DNA of 64,000 bases from Octopus vulgaris (Eukaryota): positions 34,286,001-34,350,000 of the forward strand of contig OX597838.1 of NCBI GenBank assembly GCA_951406725.2. Reading direction: 5' to 3'. A program made the position numbers and the translations under genes. A model generated the notes under the pieces. That model ran no database searches. It saw only the letters and a program-made list of their open reading frames with translations, and was not told the DNA's origin. Below, one piece after another: positions 21,991 through 33,377 of this stretch; within the stretch, counting starts at the first letter, position 1; each line of letters starts with the position of its first letter.

Positions 21991-22470
21991 AATACTTTCA
22001 AGCTTCGGACACTGGTAGAATGTGTCATATAAAACATGTTTTACTCTTAGCATTTTTGAGAAAAACTTATATTTACGAAGTTATTTCACATTAAAGTTCT
22101 CGTATTTCGGTAATTTCAACCAATCAATGACGTGTATTCAGCTGAATAAAATTACTGTCGTTGTTTGTCAACAACAACTATCGGTGGTGTATTTTTTGTT
22201 TGTCACTGTTATTTATAACATCGTTCATGCGTTTGTACTGGTTTTAAGGTGTTAGGGTTTTAGGGTTAGAGTGTTAGGGTTGTCATAAATAACAGTGATA
22301 AACAAAATATACACCGCCGGAAGTTCTTGTTGACAAACAACGGCAGTAATTTTATTCAGCTGAATACACGTCATTGATTGGTTGAAATTACTGAAATACG
22401 AGAACTTTAATGTGAAATAACTTCGTAAATATAAGTTTTTCTCAAAAATGCTAAGAGTAAAAGATGTTTA
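21991..22470. mobile_element. Truncated fold-back MITE with ~190-bp inverted arms and TTAGGG-containing loop
   Basis: 22032-22220 is the near-perfect reverse complement of 22281-22470; subterminal ACTGGTAGAATGTGT shared with the 1141 and 12753 MITEs. Confidence 0.8.
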
Positions 22471-22477
22471 CAAATGG

Positions 22478-22805
22478 CAGGAGACTTTGGGGTAGACCAA
22501 GAGCAAGATGGTTGGATAACATCCATAGTCTCAGTTGGTCATACTTGGGAATCCGACCAGAAAGTGGCTGCTTCTGATAGGACCATAGGGTGGAGGAGCC
22601 TAAGGACTCTACTCTATGACTGGCAGGAGAGACCTAGGGGCAGTCTAAGAGCAAGATGGTTGGATAGCATCCAGTCTCAGCTGGTCACACTTGGGAAGGT
22701 CTAATGACAGTTGCTTCTGACAGGATCCTTGAAAGAAGGTACATGAGGACTCTACCCTTAAGACTTACCCAAGAAAAGAGGGTGGAGAAGATGAAAGGAT
22801 GGATG
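22478..22805 (+). mobile_element. RTE-type LINE 3' end, partly tandem-duplicated
   Basis: RPRGSLRARWLDSI motif; a ~145-bp unit occurs twice. Related fragments at ~39720-40070 (-) and ~45600-46070 (+). Confidence 0.65.
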
Positions 22806-22918
22806 AAAATGCTAATTTCCTATAGTATGGAGGTTACATTACTGTAATGGTTAAGTACTTATTTGCATTTCATTCAAAATATGTTCAGAAAACGGTTAGA
22901 AAACCAGTAAGTCCATAC

Positions 22919-23036
22919 CTCTGGATGAAACTGTTGTTCAGTTCTAGTGTGACAATAAGAACAATTATCTCCATTTTCACATTGAGCAGGATCTCCCCAA
23001 TCATCACCATGTTTAACATTAGGACATGGCGTTGAC
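22919..23036 (-). CDS. unk: Unkempt exon, ZnF5
   Basis: STPCPNVKHGDDWGDPAQCENGDNCSYCHTRTEQQFHPE; acceptor atattgcag, donor gtatgg; 118 nt, phase 2 to 0. Confidence 0.97.
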
Positions 23037-23544
23037 CTGCAATATATAGGAAAGTTATTAATTTATAATGGATATTACAAAACATTGAAATAGAGAAACC
23101 ACGAATGAAAGAACAAAACAAATTATAAGAGTTTAAAAAATAGTTAAAATACAAAAAAAAAAAAAGCCCCCCCCCTCCGGGTCATAGTGCTAGTATAGTG
23201 TTAAAAGCATTGAAAAGTATTAGCAGCAGGCGATGGTCGCTCAGTATTCAAATTTGAAAGACTACAGGAGAATATGTTGACCGGACATTTGTTGAATATA
23301 GAACATTAAGATTACGCGAATCAAGAAAGCAGTTAGGAATTTTACACATCGCCCCATCCCTAACCGTAATAAGTTAGCCAGGCCACAAGGCAAAATGCCT
23401 ATGATGTTTGTAGATTCTCCTCCCAGAGTAGTGAAAGAGATAAGTTGATGCCAAGTTTAAACATCTGCTGCAAAAATCAATGGGTAAGGAGTCTGGTTGA
23501 AATGATTAGAACAGAACCTATTTTTCAATGAACGTCAGTGCAAC

Positions 23545-23581
<37 letters not shown>

Positions 23582-24687
23582 GGAATGATTGTTTTTCCAG
23601 TTCAGATAAACTTCCTTACAACTATAAACAGAGTGAAAGCCAATGAGGGACTTTCTGCAAGGTCTCTCAAGATGCTAGAAATAGCAGCTGTACATGCGAC
23701 CACCATCTTGTTACAGCCGAAACATGATACGCAGATGTAAAGGCTCACTTATTGGGACAGTGATTGTATCATATACCCACTTATGATGACATCTAACCAT
23801 ACATTCACACTACTGTGGCCTCTAACAACATAATGACCCACAAATTTACTCTAAACTTTACACATCAAACTCCAATAACCTACTTACTATTATTTCTAAG
23901 TAGACATTGTATCACATAACATTTAATATTACAAAAAGCCAATGTAAAAGCTTCAGGCTTTTGATCTGCTATAAATAACAACTGAAACCTCATCCTAGCA
24001 TGTTAGGAAAGGACACGCTAGATAATGTAGTCACACATGCCTTTAAAATGATGGATTGGTCATGGCTGGAACACCATAGATCATAAGTCTAATTGATCAA
24101 GTCTGATCTAGAACTGTACAGTTGAATGCTGTAGTTCACTGATATTGCCACCTATCCATTGCACTCTTGAGCAAAGAGTGTATAACACAGCTTGCTCCAG
24201 TTTCTATATCTTGCCTTAAAACAGGTTCTATTGTTACTTAATGGTTGAGTGGTTAACTATAAAAATTGCATCAAGTACCCAAATGTTTCGTAAAAAAAAA
24301 AAAAAGCAACATTATCACACCCACATGAACAATACATATGTAAATAGAGCACTGGTTTTCCCTCTGACTAATACACCAAAAATATAAAAGGAAAAAGCCC
24401 AAAATCTTGAAGAAAACTAAGCAAGAGATATCATCGTTGTTTAACGTTCACTTTTCCATGCCTGCATGGGTTGGACAGAGTTTTGAGGCAGATTTTCAAC
24501 AGTTGGATGCTCTTCCTGTCACTAGCCTCTATCTGTTTCTAAGCAAGGTAATATTTTCCCATGGACAGACATGTTCTTGCAGAATATGGGAAATGATGAC
24601 ACTGCTTGTATGACAGTGACACTCATTTACAACTATTACACGATATCAAGACAAGGAGACATGAACACACACAAGCACATACATATG

Positions 24688-25186
24688 TAATAATAATAAT
24701 AATAATGAAATTATTGTATACAGTGCTCAGGTGCACCACAACTTGTCAGAAAGTGCGTATAAAGTGTATGCAGTAATGTGCAAATGTCTGGAAAGCGAAC
24801 AATGTATGAGTCAGATACATGCATGTGTGTGTATGGAGGGGAGGAAATCAGGTGTAGCGTTGGTGAATCTCAGAAAGCATGGAAGTTTTGAAGGATGCAG
24901 TGCTCCGACAACTAACAACCGATGCCGGCAGTTTGTTCCATGCTTCAGCAACTCTCAGCGTGAAAAAATGTTTCCGAAAGTCATGGGAGCTGTGCTGTTT
25001 TCTTACTTTGTAAATATGTCCACGGGTGTTAGACAGGTGGAGTTTGAAAAGGTGCTCAGAGTTATTGTTTGTAAGATGGTTGATAATTTTATGGGTGTCT
25101 GCCAAGTCAGCTGCCGGACGTCGGTGTTTCAATGTGTCCATGCCCAGGGAAGTAAGGCGTTCAGAATATGGCAAATGCCTAATGTG
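24688..25186 (-). mobile_element. CR1-type LINE 3' end inserted in a SINE A remnant
   Basis: LPYSERLTSLGMDTLKHRRPAADL...TRGHIYKV...RKHFFTLRVAEAWNKLP; (ATT)n tail. Confidence 0.88.
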
Positions 25187-25436
25187 ATGGGCTTCTTTCA
25201 GTTTCTGTCTACTAAATCCACTCACAAGGCTTTTTAGTCTACCCAAGGCTACAGCGGAAAACATTTGCCCAAGGTGCCATCAGTGGGACTGAAACCAGAA
25301 CCATATAGTTGGGAAGCAAACTTCTTAATACACTGCCATACCAACACCTGGTAACATTTTAATGTCAACAAGAAACAGCAGATCCAGTAAAAGTTTTGAA
25401 CAAAATACCAAGTGACATTTAGTTATGCCCTTTTAA

Positions 25437-25646
25437 CCCTTTCGTTACTGTATTTATTTTGAGCTGCTCTGTGTTTCTTTCAATTAATTTAAATATAACA
25501 AAGAATTTAGTAAAATAACTTATTTATTATTCAGCTAATGTTAGGAACATAAATTGTGACTAAGGTTTGGTGGAAGATTTTAATTCAAAACTTATGTAAA
25601 CAAGACAGAGCCAGATCCGGTTTCAGCCAGGCTAGTAACGAAAGGG
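25437..25646. mobile_element. piggyBac-type MITE P2
   Basis: TTAA-CCCTTTCGTTACT ... AGTAACGAAAGGG-TTAA; TIR identical to the transposase-bearing element at 29126-30207. Confidence 0.9.
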
Positions 25647-26070
25647 TTAAATTTCTTTCTAAATTAGAAACCTGTCAAGGTCAACTTTACTTTTCATTAT
25701 TCATTTACATTATTTATTCATCCATCCATATTTTCCACCCACTATTCCAGGGAAGGATGTGGGGTTAGATTCCTCAGGCATTTCCTCCATCGGGTCCTAT
25801 TAGATGCAACTTTCTGACTAGATTCCCAAGTGTGACAAACTGAGATTATGAAAAGCTATTCATTCATCATCATCATCATTTAATAGTCATTGTGCTGGTG
25901 CCATGTTAAAAGCACCCAGTACACTGTATGAAATGGTTGGTTTTAGAAAAGGTATTCAGCTATAGAAAACTATGTCAACAGAAAACAGAGCCTGGTGCGG
26001 GCCCCTAGTCTTACCAGCTCCAGTCAAACCATCCAACCCACGCCAGCATGGAAAACGGACATTAAATGAT

Positions 26071-26468
26071 ACTCTTTACTCTTTTATTTGTTTCAGTCAT
26101 TTGACTGCGGCCATGCTGGAGCACCACCTTTAGTCGAACAAATTGACCCCGGCACTTATTCTTTGTAAGCCTAGTACTTATTCTATCGGTCTCTTTTGCC
26201 AAACCGCTAAGTAACAGGGACATAAACACACCAGCATCGGTTGTCAGGCGATATTAGGGGACATAGAGACACACATACACAAATATATATATATATACAT
26301 ATATACGACGGGCTTCTTTCAGTTTCCATCTACCAAATCTACTCACAAGGCTTTGGTCGGCCCGAGGCTACAGTAGAAGACACTTGCCCAAGATGTCACG
26401 CAGTGGGACTGAACCCGGAACCATGTGGTTGGTAAGCAAGCTACTTACCACACAGCCACTCCTGCGCC
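26071..26468 (-). mobile_element. SINE family A, full length
   Basis: Complete head and tail. Confidence 0.9.
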
Positions 26469-26844
26469 TATGATGGTGATGCTGGTATGCGTTGGATGGT
26501 TTGACAGTATCTGATGAGCCCAAGGACTGCATCGTACTCCAGTGTTTCTTTGGATGGTTTCTATGGTCAGGTGCCCTTCCTGATGCCAACCCCTTTACAG
26601 CCTGTACTGGGTGCTTTCTTTTTTTTGTACTACCAGCACTAATGAGGTTACCATGCAGCTTACAAGACTATGAACCTTGATTGGAAGGGAGGAGCTTGAT
26701 GCTGGGAGAAGGAGCTGGAAGGGATAAAGTATGAGAGAAAGGGATGGAGCAGAACATTTTTTGGCAGTAGAAGAGTGACATGACTGCTGTAAAGGAGAAA
26801 TTGACTGTTTCCTCTCCTCTCCAACCACCCCAGTCTATGCACAA

Positions 26845-27085
26845 GAAGGTGAGCTGGCAGAAACGTTAGCACGCCAGGCAAAATACTTAGGGGTATTACG
26901 CCTGCTGATATGTTCTGAGTTCAAATTACGCCGAGGTCGACTTTGCCTTTCATCCTTTCAGGGTCGATAAATTAAGTACCAGTTACGCACTGGGGTCGAT
27001 GTAATTGACTTAATCCCTTTGTCTGTCCTTGTTTGTCCCCTCTATGTTTAGCCCCCTGTGAGAAATAAAGAAATAAAGAAATAAA
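26845..27085 (+). mobile_element. SINE family C
   Basis: Complete head and core with (AAAGAAAT)n tail; ends ~28 bp from the ZnF4 exon donor. Confidence 0.85.
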
Positions 27086-27112
27086 AATGTGTAGAAGTTG
27101 AAAAAAACTTAC

Positions 27113-27248
27113 CTGTATCGGAACTTTTTAGGACTTCTTCTTCTATCCCTAGAATTATGGAACTGAGGACAAGCGTAGCCCTGTCGACAAAGTCGTGGTG
27201 GCCGCTTACATTGTTCAGTTTTATAATTTGCTAAAACATATCCTGTGT
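27113..27248 (-). CDS. unk: Unkempt exon, ZnF4
   Basis: DTGYVLANYKTEQCKRPPRLCRQGYACPQFHNSRDRRRSPKKFRY(R); acceptor tacatttcag, donor gtaagt; 136 nt, phase 1 to 2, in frame with both neighbours. Confidence 0.97.
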
Positions 27249-27766
27249 CTGAAATGTAGAAAGAAAAAGGAAAAAAAAAAAACAGCATTTAGTTTTTAGT
27301 CTTGCTAATTGTCAGCAGCAAATTACATGTTGAGGTGGCCATGCATTGGGTATGTACTGTATTTTCTGGCATACAAGTTGAATTTTTCAGACCAAAATTT
27401 ACAGTCAAAAAGCATAGGTCAATTTATACTATTATAACCACAGGTTGAGCAATACCTTCTGAGGAATTTTGTAGATGGAGTAGTCCACTGTGTGTGTGTG
27501 TGTATTAATGTTTGTTTTTATGTTTAGTTATAATAAAAACAAGTTTTCGTTAATTTGATGGGTTACTTTGTATTTTTGTAGAGTACAAATTTATTATTCT
27601 TATACAAGAATGATGTTGTCAATAACTTTGAAGTCACTATCAACATTCTTGTATAAGAATAATAAGCACACACGTGCGTGCACACACACACACTGTACCA
27701 GACCAACGGTCTTGCAAGCTTAGGACCAGAAATATCTTCGATTTCTGGATTTTCTGCAGACAGCCT

Positions 27767-28160
27767 ATCATCATCATCATCGTTTAACATCCGCTTTTTA
27801 TGCTAGCATGAGTTGGACGGTTCAGCTGGGGTCTGGGAAGCGAGAAGGCTGCACCAGGCCCAGTCTGATCTGGCAGTGTTTCTACAGCTGGATGCCCTTC
27901 CTAACGCCAACCACTCCGTGAGTGTAGTGGGTGCTTTTTACGTGCCACCGACACAGGTGTCAGACGAGGCTGGGGCAAACGGTCACAATCGGATGGTGGA
28001 GGCCAGACGAAGCTGGCAAACGGCCACAATTGGATGGTGCTTTTTACATGCCAGTCAGGGCGATGCTGGCAACAGCCACGTTCGGATGGTTCTCTTACAT
28101 ACCACCGGCACTGCTATCGCAGCTACAATTTCCATTGATGTTGATCGATTTCGATTTTGA
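27767..28160 (-). mobile_element. Retroposon family B
   Basis: (CAT)n tail; same 5' end (AATCGATCAACATCAATGGAAA) as the 17905 copy but few internal units. Confidence 0.85.
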
Positions 28161-28424
28161 TTTATAGTTAAAATTTATAGCTAAAATACAAAATAAACTA
28201 AACTATGTAAGTAAAGAGCTAAATAGTATTTCTCAGATTCAAATTAATACATTTTTAAAAACAGGCTCTGTTTGACTTACATCATACTGTACCATGTATA
28301 CACTATAATATTTATAGGATGAGAATTAAATGAAAAAAAGTAAAGAACTTGATTTTATGTAACAGATATATAATTAATACACTTCTAAAGCAGTTAATGT
28401 TTAATCTTTAAATATCCACTTAAA

Positions 28425-28873
28425 GAGCTTGGTGTAGAAGCCTTCGCAAACTTTTCCATCTCGCTCTTATCTACAACAAAGAGAGAAGAGCAGAGACTGG
28501 TAACGGCTCAAAGAGCCATGGAAAGGTCAATGCTTGGTATCTTGTTAAGAGAGCACATCAGTAGCAAGATCATCAGAAAGAAGTCTGGCGTGAGGGATGT
28601 CATCGCAGAGTATACACACAGCAAGTTTAGATGGACTGGACACGTCACCTGGTTCACCGATAATCGGTGGACCCGTGCAGTTGTTGAGTGGTACCCACGT
28701 GAGCGGAAACAACCACCTGGAAGGCCTCCACAACAGTGGAGTTATGATTTCAGGAGGACGATTGGGATCACATGGATGAGAAAGGCACAATCCAGAGAGG
28801 AGTGAACAGTGTGCTGTGACCAGCGGTGTCAAATGGACGCCCGACGGACTGGTCGGTCAAGGTGATCAAGGTG
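28425..28873 (+). mobile_element. 5'-truncated RTE LINE with TSD
   Basis: RLVTAQRAMERSMLGI...KFRWTGHV...RWTRAVVEWYPRERKQPPGRPPQQW; tail (CAAGGTGAT)2; 13-bp TSD ATATCCACTTAAA at 28412-28424 and 28874-28886. Confidence 0.92.
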
Positions 28874-28916
28874 ATATCCACTTAAAAAAAGTGAAGAACG
28901 AAACATTTACTGAGCA

Positions 28917-30297
28917 CATTGGTTCTCAGCTGGGGTCCATGCAACAAAAGAGTAGATTGGGGATCCACAAAAGTATTTTAAGAGATCCTGGAAAAATTTT
29001 GTTTTAGAGGTATGTATTGGACAGTGATGTTTTTTTCTCTGACATTTTACATAATTCAACCTACACAAATTGTGTGGAAAACAAAATAGGAATTTTGAAA
29101 GAAGTTACTATAAAACAAGTTTTAACCCTTTCGTTACTATATTTCTGACCAAATTACACCCCTTATGTGTTTCAATTAATTTCTAACGTAATCATAAATT
29201 TAGTCTGGTTTCATTAAACAACTATAACTTTTTTATTTATCGATATATTAATCTGATTTTTGGAAGATAATTTAATGAAATATTCTCAACCAATTCTATA
29301 CTATAATTTTTGTCACAAAGTGACTCTATTTGCAGGTAGATACAGGTAAATTCCACAAAATATAAAATTATTAAAATTTTGTTCAAACATCGCTATAGAA
29401 AATATTAGCTAATATTCAATTGGGTATACAACAAAATTTTACGATAGAATTTGTTATTCTGGGTAACTTTCTGATACCCATAATAATATTTATGGCAAAA
29501 TAGGCCTTAATTTCATTTAAGGTTGTGGGAAATAACAAACTATCCTTTCTTTCGTTTTGTTTACGTTTAGCGTAACGGTTCGTTTTCGCTGTAATGATTT
29601 CAAATAGGCTCATTCGAAAAAGTAAATAGAAATAGCCTAAGGCTTTACCCTTCTGGGAAAGTCTGTGGCTTGGTCCAGTTTCTGCAGAAAAATCACCGAA
29701 AGAAACAGTTTTTAAATTTTCACTCCATTCAGGTGCCAATTCGTTTTCTTTATCGCTATCGGAGATCTCAGATTCACTGTTTTCACTTTCGGAAAATGAA
29801 ACATCAGATTCATTATCAAATACCATGTGCTTTTTTTTTTCAGTCATAGAGTTAGATTTATGAAGGTCTTCAGTAGAAAATCCTTCGAATTCTGACTCGC
29901 TGCTTGATATAATGAAATTCGTATCCATTTTTTGTCAGAATTACAAATTTTGAAAACACAATAGGAACAAATTTCGGAAAAAAATCTCCCAAAATTCACG
30001 GAATTAAAATTACACTTCGATTATTGTACAAAACTGTAGTTGAACTGTTTACGAAGTATAATACGTGTTTTCACGAATGTACTGAAGAGATTTGCTCTGA
30101 TATTCTCATTTAAATATGAATAGGTAAATTCGGGCGGCTTTGGGCGGTTTGGTTTCATAAACCAAAATTTTTTTCGGGCGGCTTTGGGCGGTTTGGTAAC
30201 GAAAGGGTTAAAACATCAAATTGCTATGAGGGTCCACCCGAATAAAATAGTAATCAAAGGGGTTCATAGATAAAAAAAAAAATGGTTGAGAACACCA
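28917..30297. mobile_element. Old hAT-Charlie-like MITE interrupted by the piggyBac element
   Basis: Ends CATTGGTTCTCAGCTGGGGTCC and ATGGTTGAGAACACCAG resemble the CAGTGGTTCTCAACC / GGTTGAGAACCACTG TIRs. Confidence 0.55.
29126..30207 (-). mobile_element. Internally deleted piggyBac transposon with N-terminal transposase ORF (29416-29928)
   Basis: TTAA TSDs at 29122-29125 and 30208-30211; TIR CCCTTTCGTTAC; ORF has an acidic Ser-rich N-terminus, then YFYLLF...TNRYA...TTLNEIKAYFAINIIMGIRKLP as in piggyBac/PGBD transposases; catalytic DDD region missing. Confidence 0.92.
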
Positions 30298-30699
30298 GTT
30301 TTAGTACATATGTTAACCAATTTCAAAAAACAGGCTCCATTTACTCAAAATATTGTACAATATATTACATGATACTGTGCAGTATTCCCAGAATTTCTGA
30401 AAGCCAGATAAAAGATCCAGTACTGAGTACATACATGTATCCATGTGTATGCGTGTGCCATAAAGCAAATAAGCATAAACCAGGAAATCTTTAAAATGTG
30501 TTTTTGGATGAAAATCCCTTCCTAGTGTGATGTTTGTCAACCAGGGAGAACATTGTGATCTTTGTCATTTATACGCCATGGAAACCTGGTAACCAGCCCT
30601 ACGAGTCCTAGGGAGTGAGACAGTAATATCCAGGGATTGATGAAGAAGATGATGATGATGCTATTTGTTGTGCCTGAGTGAGTAGCACGGAAAATCTAC

Positions 30700-31090
30700 A
30701 CTCTTTTACTCTTTTGCCTGTTTCAGTCATTTGACTGCGGCCATGCTGGAGCACCGCCTTTAGTCATGCAAATCGACCCCAGGACTTATTCTTTGTAAGC
30801 CTAGTACTTATTCTATCAGTGTCTTTTGCCGAACCGCTAAGTTACGGGGACATAAACACACCAGCATCGGTTGTCAAGCGATGTTGGGGGGGACAAACAC
30901 AAACACACACATATATACATATACATATTATGTATACATTTCAGTTTCCGTCTACCAAATCCACTCACAGGGCTTTGGTCGGCCCGAGGCTATAGTAGAA
31001 GGCACTTGCCGAAGGTGCCACGCAGTGGGACTGAACCCGGAACCATGTGGTTGGTAAGCAAGCTTGTTACTACAGAGCCACTCCTGCGCC
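30700..31090 (-). mobile_element. SINE family A, full length
   Basis: Complete head and tail. Confidence 0.9.
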
Positions 31091-31234
31091 TATAGTCAAT
31101 CTTTGTCATCACAAATGTAGCAAACCAGTGACTGGCCTGTTGGAAATTATTGTAATCAATGACACTTTCTTCAACAAATATGATATAAATGAAATGAGTT
31201 TAATTAATTCTGTTGGCTCATACATTTTCTTTTG

Positions 31235-31652
31235 ATACGTCTTATGAAGAAAGGCTGAGGACGCTCGACCTTTATTCTCTAGAAAAACGCCGCCGCTGTG
31301 GTGATCTCATTCTCGCTCACAACATCATAAGCGGAAAGTGTAACCTCTCAAAAGAGCTGTTCTTCACTCCTGCTCCAGAGCGTCGGCTGCGGGGTCATTC
31401 CGAAAAGCTCTACCTGCGACGATTTCATCTCAATCGAAGGAGAGGAGCTTTCTCCGTCCGGGTTGCGGATCCATGGAACAAGCTGCCAGACGAGATGGTG
31501 AAGATGCCGACGACCGCTTTGTTCAAAGTCTCCCTTAACCACAAATGGCCTGAACTCTTTACATGAACACCACCCTGTACATAACTCCATGTCCCCCTAC
31601 ATGGCCTTGCTATTTGCTTTTGAGCCAAATTAACTAACTAACTAACTAACTA
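31235..31652 (+). mobile_element. CR1-type LINE 3' end (second family)
   Basis: SYEERLRTLDLYSLEKRRRCGDLI...RLRGHSEKL...RRGAFSVRVADPWNKLP; (TAAC)n tail. Confidence 0.9.
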
Positions 31653-32422
31653 TAGCCCTCCCACTTGCTCACCAACCAACGTAGGACTCAAAGGTTACAG
31701 GCTAAATAGATGCCAGTATGGAAAAAAAAAATTAATACGAAACCAAAGATAAAAACTCAAGGGAGCTTCTATATGGTCACTCAACTTGCTAGAAATAGCA
31801 GTGTAATCTACGTCAAAAATCACACGTTGGATAATATGGTACAAGGGAAAAAGATGGGATGATCATAGCTGGAATGCCTTTGAGCAACAGGTCTGCTTAA
31901 TCAGGCTTAACTGGGGCTAAATAATATTTAGAATCAGGGATAATGGTAACTATGAATTTTTACCAAAGTACCAACTAAAAGTTCATGAAAGACCATCAAG
32001 AGAGCTTCTATGTGGCTGCTTAAACTTGCTATAAATAGCAGCCAAATGCTTCCTCAAATCCCTTACAACATACTATTTTGAAAAAGGAAGAATATTCTTA
32101 AAAAGACAGGATGTATCAATCAGGGTTAACTTAGGGTAAACAAAAACAGTTCCTAAGTCACAGGACCGCAGAAATCTTTCCAAAATCATATTTTCATCTT
32201 TAAAAAGGGATTAAAAGTTTATGAAGCTTTCTCAATTCTATATTAGAATTTCTTTACTTTGCAACATTTTTAGAGTAACGGTTGTGGTGGAATGGACTGT
32301 CCATGTCTAAGGAATGTGCAAGTATGAGATAATTTTCTTGATATATGTATAGGGATTGAGTTTGGGCTTTTGTTGAGGGAGTAAGATCAAGTTGTCATGT
32401 AGAATTTTGGAATATGTTTGTA

Positions 32423-32785
32423 CAGGTGTGGCTGTGTGGTTGGTAAGAAGCATGCTGCCCAACCACGTGGTTTCAGGTTCAGTCCCACTGCGTGGCACCT
32501 TGGGCAACCAAAGCCTTGTGAGTGGATTTGGTGGACAGAAACTGAAAGAAGCCCATCATACATGTGTGTCTTTGTTTGTTCCCCGCCACCGCTTGAAAAC
32601 TAGTGCTAGTGTGTTTATGTCCCCATAACTTAACAGTTTGGCAAAAGAGACTGATAGAATAAGCACAAGGCTTCAAAAAATAAAGCCTAGGGTTAATTTG
32701 TTTCACTAAAAACCCTTCAAGGCGGTGCCCCAGCATGGCTGCATTGAAATGACTGAAACACACACAAAAAAAAATAAAGGATAAA
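32423..32785 (+). mobile_element. Older SINE family A copy
   Basis: Diverged head and tail GGCGGTGCCCCAGCATGGCTGCATTGAAATGACTGAAAC. Other old copies at ~37960-38283, 45022-45315, 52903-53485, 54360-54670, 54795-55150, 55918-56125, 57175-57460, 62773-63020. Confidence 0.75.
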
Positions 32786-33377
32786 AGGGGCCTGTTTACA
32801 TTTATGGAAGCAGCATAAGACTAACAAGAAGGGTCCCGGTTGAGTGTAGGTGATGCCATGTTTGGAAGGTCAAAACTCACGTGATGGTATTTCTAAGAAA
32901 TGCATTATACAAGTGTTTCATTTCATTTTGGAAAACAGCCAAGAATTTAGAGCATTTAGTGATGAAACTGTTATTACTAAGTTGCTGTTTTTCTGGCTCT
33001 TTATGTTATGAGTTCAAATCCTGTGAAAGTCAACTTTGTCTTATGTAAACAAGACATTTGTTCTCAGAGCCGGGCTGGTAACGAAAGGGTCAAATTTCTT
33101 TCTAAATTAGAAACCTGTCATGGTCAACTTTACTTTTCATTATTCATTTACATTATTCATCCATCAATATTTTCCACCCACTATTCCAGGGAAGGATGTG
33201 GGGTTAGATTCCTCAGGCATTTCCTCCATAGGGTCCTTTGGAAAGTCAAATTTGTCTTTTATTCTTCTAGGGTTCATACAATAAAGTACCAGTCAAGTGC
33301 TGGGTTGATCTAATCAACAGTCCCTTTCCACAAAATTTCTGGCCATGTGACTATCATTATCCTTATTATTATTACTT

